The notes under the pieces: model-generated
What the model saw: the letters and a program-made list of their open reading frames with translations, nothing else
What the model was told of the DNA's origin: nothing
Database searches by the model: none
From: Gammaproteobacteria bacterium
GTDB taxonomy: Bacteria > Pseudomonadota > Gammaproteobacteria > UBA4575
Length of the DNA stretch: 64,000 nucleotides
Direction of reading: 5' to 3'
NCBI GenBank assembly: GCA_965243395.1
Contig: CBDEUS010000001.1
Location: 608,001-672,000, forward strand
Shown: piece after piece, positions 59,606 through 64,000 of the stretch
Numbering within the stretch: position 1 is the first letter of the stretch
Layout: every line of letters starts with the position of its first letter
Made by a program: the position numbers and the translations under genes

Positions 59606-60490
59606 ATGAAAATTGGTAAAACTGAAATCGTAGACACCTTTGCTGAAGCATTCGAAATGTGTGGCTCACGTGTAATTATTACTGCTGATACAAAGCAGTG
59701 GGCACGTGCTGCGGCAGCATCCATGACCGGTTTTGCAACTTCGGTTATTCGCTGCAAACTAGAAGCAGCTGTTGAAAATGAAATACCAGAATCTGATACA
59801 CCGGATGGACGACCTGGAATAAGTGTTTTGCTATTTACCATGAGCTCTAAAACTATTGCCGGTCAATTGATAGATCGTATTGGCCAATGTGTGATGACCT
59901 GTCCCACTTCTGCTTGTTTTAACGGGTTGGAGTCTGATCGCTCTGTTTCAGTTGGTGGTAAGTTACGGTTTTTTGGAGATGGATATCAAATTAGCAAACT
60001 CGTTGATGGAATACGTATGTGGCGCATTCCCGTAATGTCCGGTGAATTTTTAATTGATGATCAATTCGGCATTCAACCTGCAGTAGGTGGCGGTAATTTA
60101 ATAATCTTTGGTTCAACAAGGGGCATTGCATTGCGTGCCTCTATCGCCGCAACACATGCTATGCGTGAAGTAGGTGGTGTATTTTTACCATTTCCACAAG
60201 GAGTAGTGCGCTCAGGAAGTAAAGTGGGCGCAAAGTATAAAGGCATGATTGCATCAACAAATGATGCCTATTGTCCAACGCTTCGATCTATTAGTGATCA
60301 TTCAGTTGTGCCTGAAAATGTAGAAGCGATTTACGAAATTGTCATAGATGGTCTCTCTGAAGAGGCAGTTAAAGAAGCCATGCGGCGAGGTCTACACGCA
60401 GCTGCTGAAAAGGGAGCTACGATGATTTCGGCTGGTAACTATGGGGGAGAATTAGGTAAGTATAAATTTCACCTCAACGAGTTAATTTGA
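59606..60490 (+). CDS. ftr: Second formylmethanofuran:H4MPT formyltransferase
   Basis: IVDTFAEAF, GFATSVI, TPDGRPG, QCVMTCPT, RSGSK, GNYGGELG. Confidence 0.94.
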   Translation: MKIGKTEIVDTFAEAFEMCGSRVIITADTKQWARAAAASMTGFATSVIRCKLEAAVENEIPESDTPDGRPGISVLLFTMSSKTIAGQLIDRIGQCVMTCPTSACFNGLESDRSVSVGGKLRFFGDGYQISKLVDGIRMWRIPVMSGEFLIDDQFGIQPAVGGGNLIIFGSTRGIALRASIAATHAMREVGGVFLPFPQGVVRSGSKVGAKYKGMIASTNDAYCPTLRSISDHSVVPENVEAIYEIVIDGLSEEAVKEAMRRGLHAAAEKGATMISAGNYGGELGKYKFHLNELI

Positions 60491-60546
60491 AATTGAATAA
60501 TTCATAAAATACAGATACATATAGAATAAATATAAAGTAACTTTCC

Positions 60547-61365
60547 ATGTCAACTGCACATTTAAAATTGCATACACAACCTGAGGTGCCGTTAGAAGCA
60601 GAGGTGCTTAGTACTGCCAAGTTATCGGGCTTATCGCAGTCTGGAATTGAGCACCTGCCTGTATTGCATGGCAATGTAAAAGCAAGTGTTGGCGATTTCT
60701 TCAAAGTTACCGGTAAAGGTAATTCAGAAATTTTGCTCGAGGGGGATTTATCGAACATAAAAATGATTGGTGCCGGCATGTCAGACGGCAAAATAATCAT
60801 TGATGGTGATGTGGGCATGCACCTTGGAATCGGCATGTCGGGCGGAGAAATAGTCGTAGAAGGTAATGCTGGAGATTGGGTGGGTCCTGAAATGTCAGGT
60901 GGTCGTATCACAGTTAAAAAAAATGCTGGCCACATGGTGGGTGCAGCCTATCGCGGCCATACAACTGGAATAACAGGTGGCGAAATATTTGTACATGGTG
61001 ATGCTAAAAATGAAATTGGCAGTGCAATGCGCCGAGGTTTTATTGCAATAGGCGGCAATGCAGGAGATTTTACAGGGGTAAATATGTTAGCGGGTACTAT
61101 TGTCGTATTGGGAGAGTTAGGCATTCGCACGGGTGCAGGTATGCGACGAGGCACTATCGCCTCCTTAGAAGATGCACCAATGTTGCCTAGTTTTGAATAT
61201 GCCTGTACATATCGCCCACTATTTTTAAGATTTTATCTCAGGAAGTTGCAAGAAAATGGCTTCAAGAGGAAAATTCAGGAAAAACACCTAAATGGTATTT
61301 ACAAACGTTATAGCGGAGACGGGATTGAACTCAATCGTGGCGAGGTTTTATTGTTTTCAAAATAA
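60547..61365 (+). CDS. fwdC: Formylmethanofuran dehydrogenase subunit C
   Basis: VPLEAEVL, GXGXG repeats, archaeal-like GAAYRG, GMRRGT. Confidence 0.92.
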   Translation: MSTAHLKLHTQPEVPLEAEVLSTAKLSGLSQSGIEHLPVLHGNVKASVGDFFKVTGKGNSEILLEGDLSNIKMIGAGMSDGKIIIDGDVGMHLGIGMSGGEIVVEGNAGDWVGPEMSGGRITVKKNAGHMVGAAYRGHTTGITGGEIFVHGDAKNEIGSAMRRGFIAIGGNAGDFTGVNMLAGTIVVLGELGIRTGAGMRRGTIASLEDAPMLPSFEYACTYRPLFLRFYLRKLQENGFKRKIQEKHLNGIYKRYSGDGIELNRGEVLLFSK

Positions 61366-61452
61366 TTCTTGATAACTTAACTTGCTTCGGAACACTCATC
61401 GCGTTTTCTATATTTGTAGTTAAATAATGTTAACAATATAGGAGACAAACTC

Positions 61453-61758
61453 ATGACTACAGTTGTAACTGAGAATTGCAAAGGCTGTCGATTTACTGAC
61501 TGCGTGTCTGTATGTCCAGTCGCATGTTTTCACTATGATGATGAAATGCTTTATATCGACCCAGATGTCTGTATTGATTGCAGCGCATGCATACCAGAAT
61601 GTCCAGTTGAAGCCATCTATGAAGAAGATGACATCCCTGAGGGTCAAGAGGGATGGGTGGAGATCAATGCAGAAAAAGCTCCTGATTTACCTTTAATCGA
61701 AGAGCCCATGGATCCATTGCCCGGTGCCGAGGATCGTAAATCAGAATTAGGATTCTAA
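61453..61758 (+). CDS. fdxA: 7Fe ferredoxin (Azotobacter FdI/FdxA type)
   Basis: VVTENCKGCRFTDCVSVCPVACF...CIDCSACIPECPVEAI with an acidic C-terminal extension; AGGAG RBS. Confidence 0.9.
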   Translation: MTTVVTENCKGCRFTDCVSVCPVACFHYDDEMLYIDPDVCIDCSACIPECPVEAIYEEDDIPEGQEGWVEINAEKAPDLPLIEEPMDPLPGAEDRKSELGF

Positions 61759-61782
61759 ACTTACTAAATTTAAAAAATGAGA

Positions 61783-61809
61783 GCGCACAGTCAAAAGGCT
61801 GTGCGTTTT
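61783..61809 (+). terminator. Terminator-like hairpin after the ferredoxin gene
   Basis: GCGCACAGTC-AAAA-GGCTGTGCGT-TTT. Confidence 0.55.
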
Positions 61810-61845
61810 ACGTTTTGAATAGAATAATAAAAATAGGTATCGCTC

Positions 61846-63222
61846 ATGAGTATTGGAACTGAATCGAATCCCTTAAAAGTAGCTATTGTGGGTAGTGGCC
61901 CAAGTGGTTTCTATGCAACCGAAGCATTAATCAAATCGGATCTTAATGTTGAAATTGATTTAATTGAAAGATTGCCTGCACCTTTTGGTTTAGTTCGTAA
62001 TGGTGTAGCCCCTGACCACCCTAAACTTAAACAAGCTATTGAAGTTTACAAAAAGATTGCACAAAGCCCTGAATTTAATTTTATTGGTAATGTAACGGTG
62101 GGCCAAGATGTTACAGCTGAAGATTTACAAAATACGCATCATGCCGTCATCTATACATGTGGTGCAGAGACTGATCGTAAACTGGGTATCCCAGGAGAAG
62201 ACCTGCAAGGTAGCTACACGGCAACAGAATTTGTAGGTTGGTACAACGGTCATCCGGATTATCGAGATCGTACATTTGACCTCTCTCATGAAACCGCCAT
62301 TGTAATTGGGCAAGGTAATGTGGCAGCAGATGTATCACGGATACTGGCAAAGTCTGTTGACGAATTAAAGCATACAGATATTTCTCAACATGCCTTGGAC
62401 GCTTTAGCAGACAGTAAAATTAAAACAATCTATGTAGTAGGACGTCGTGGCCCCGCGCAGGCAAAGTTTGCTTCAAAAGAACTAAAAGAGTTTTTAGAAA
62501 TAGAAAATTGTCGACCTTACATAGATCCTAAAGAACTAGAGCTTAATGAAACCAGTCAGCAAGAACTGGAAATGAAAGAAGGTCGTGGTAATAAAAAGAA
62601 TGTTGAAATCTTTCAAAAGTTTGCTGAATCCGAAGATGCTGGTAAACCGCGTACATGTATTTCTACATTTCTAAAAAGCCCTGTTCGTTTAGAAGGAGAA
62701 GGGCGTTTACAAAAAGCCGTGTTTGAAATTAACGAACTCTCAGGTGAGCCCTTCAAGCAATCTGCAAAAGGTACGGGTGAAACTATGGAAATTGAATGTG
62801 GAATATTATTTCGTAGTATTGGTTACAACGGTGTTCCCATACCAGGTGTACCTTTTTATGATCGATGGGGCACCATCCCAAATGAGAATGGACGCATAAC
62901 AACAGAACAAGGTGGCGATGTAGTGCTGGGATTGTATACAGCAGGTTGGATTAAACGTGGTCCATCTGGAATTATCGGAACCAATCGTGCTTGTGCTGTG
63001 GAGTCCGTAGATATGTTATTGGAAGACGTATCTAAATTATCTACAGACAAACCAGGCCGTGAAGCGTTGTATAAAATTCTAGATGCAAATAATGTTCAAT
63101 TCATCAATTATGATCAATGGATGAAAATTGATGCAGCGGAAGTGGCGGCAGGCGAATCTAAAGGTAAGCCACGCGAAAAATTCACTCGTCGTGAAGAAAT
63201 GTTAGCGATAGCAAATGGATAA
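61846..63222 (+). CDS. Ferredoxin-NADP+ reductase, FprA/adrenodoxin-reductase type
   Basis: VAIVGSGPSGFY, GVAPDHP, FVGWYNGHP, IGQGNVAADV, GRRGPAQ, GWIKRGPSGIIGTN, PREKF. Confidence 0.92.
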   Translation: MSIGTESNPLKVAIVGSGPSGFYATEALIKSDLNVEIDLIERLPAPFGLVRNGVAPDHPKLKQAIEVYKKIAQSPEFNFIGNVTVGQDVTAEDLQNTHHAVIYTCGAETDRKLGIPGEDLQGSYTATEFVGWYNGHPDYRDRTFDLSHETAIVIGQGNVAADVSRILAKSVDELKHTDISQHALDALADSKIKTIYVVGRRGPAQAKFASKELKEFLEIENCRPYIDPKELELNETSQQELEMKEGRGNKKNVEIFQKFAESEDAGKPRTCISTFLKSPVRLEGEGRLQKAVFEINELSGEPFKQSAKGTGETMEIECGILFRSIGYNGVPIPGVPFYDRWGTIPNENGRITTEQGGDVVLGLYTAGWIKRGPSGIIGTNRACAVESVDMLLEDVSKLSTDKPGREALYKILDANNVQFINYDQWMKIDAAEVAAGESKGKPREKFTRREEMLAIANG

Positions 63223-63350
63223 AAAACTATTCCACTTTATCCGTTTTTATGCTACTTGCATCAGATAGATAATTTGTAAAGTTTTATAAATATAATATTG
63301 TTTTACTTAATTAAAGTGAAATTTTATTAATTTATAAAAAGGGGACAAAT

Positions 63351-63848
63351 ATGCTCTCTATGCGAAATATTACTGGGATATCTATCATTTTGTCTGCAAT
63401 CATCCTTACTGGTTGCGGTACTGCTAAAACTGTTGTACTTGAAGCACCTGATGTATCAACAAAATTCAATGAAGTTGAACTCGTAGCAAACAATCCTACT
63501 GTTAATGTTCCTGAGGAAGTAGATGTATTACTTCGGACTACAATAGAAAAAGGTCTCATTGAAGAAGGAAGTTTTGTTAAAGGTAATGATTTACAAATTC
63601 AATATACATTTGTAAATCATGATGAAGGCAGTCGTGCAGCGAGATGGTTCTGGGGTGGCTTAGGTAATGCAGGTGAAGGTACTGTTACAGTCATGGTGGT
63701 GTATCTTGATAAAGATCAAAAAGAACTGGCCAAGACTCAAGTAGAAGGTAAAATTGGTAGTGGTTTTTTTGGAGGTTCAATGAATGAAGCAATAGTAAAA
63801 GCTGGAGAAGATATTGTAGAATTTACCAAACAAAACTTTTCTGAGTAA
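63351..63848 (+). CDS. Lipoprotein, DUF4410-like
   Basis: Lipobox LTGC; DEGSRAARWFWGGLGNAG, GFFGGS. Confidence 0.75.
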   Translation: MLSMRNITGISIILSAIILTGCGTAKTVVLEAPDVSTKFNEVELVANNPTVNVPEEVDVLLRTTIEKGLIEEGSFVKGNDLQIQYTFVNHDEGSRAARWFWGGLGNAGEGTVTVMVVYLDKDQKELAKTQVEGKIGSGFFGGSMNEAIVKAGEDIVEFTKQNFSE

Positions 63849-63870
63849 ATATATTAACTATTATCATTTA

Positions 63871-63899
63871 AAAAGGCAGCCTAGTGGCTGCCTTTTTTT
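63871..63899 (+). terminator. Rho-independent terminator
   Basis: AAAAGGCAGCC-TAGT-GGCTGCCTTTTTTT. Confidence 0.9.
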
Positions 63900-64000
63900 A
63901 TGCCTAAAACATCATTAAAAAATTAAAAAATCACGGTATAGACGTTAGTGAATTTAAGAAAAACTTTTGAGTAATTCACGAGTCGAGGCGAATGCAAGCT

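Overview
AT-rich chromosomal window from a gammaproteobacterium (ffs-dnaX-ybaB-recR, rsgA/orn, nadB-rpoE-rseAB-mucD-lepA, tesA/ybbAP, stand-alone fusA). It carries two large C1/sulfur blocks. (1) 1.5-12.4 kb: cyanase and a CynR-like LysR regulator divergent from a cobalt thiocyanate hydrolase operon (scnB-scnA-scnC, activator, DsrE-like protein, NrtA/CynA-type ABC importer, orphan cbtB). A distant outer-membrane beta-barrel gene has a promoter sharing a 43-bp LysR operator/-35 module with the scn promoter (31/43 identical, ungapped, counted by hand). (2) 39.3-63.2 kb: NAD-linked formate dehydrogenase, the methylotroph-type Fhc complex (fhcBADC, degenerate B subunit), a methanethiol oxidase cluster (mtoX-SCO-mauG-like-2xTlpA), and a second, archaeal-type formylmethanofuran dehydrogenase set (fwdD-fwdB-fwdA-ftr-fwdC). 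This set keeps the predicted Mo/W-ligand cysteine and is followed by a 7Fe ferredoxin and an FprA-type ferredoxin-NADP+ reductase instead of fwdF/G. It is the best candidate for an undescribed system: a methanethiol-to-CO2 route branching at formyl-methanofuran toward NADH or toward ferredoxin/NADPH. Also seen: two conserved genes (rsgA, ybbA) with no ATG/GTG/TTG upstream of essential domains, dnaX slippery sites, small ORFs absent from the ORF track, and a candidate structured leader before fwdD. No tRNA, rRNA, CRISPR array or transposase was recognised. All assignments come from motif recognition by eye; no searches were run.
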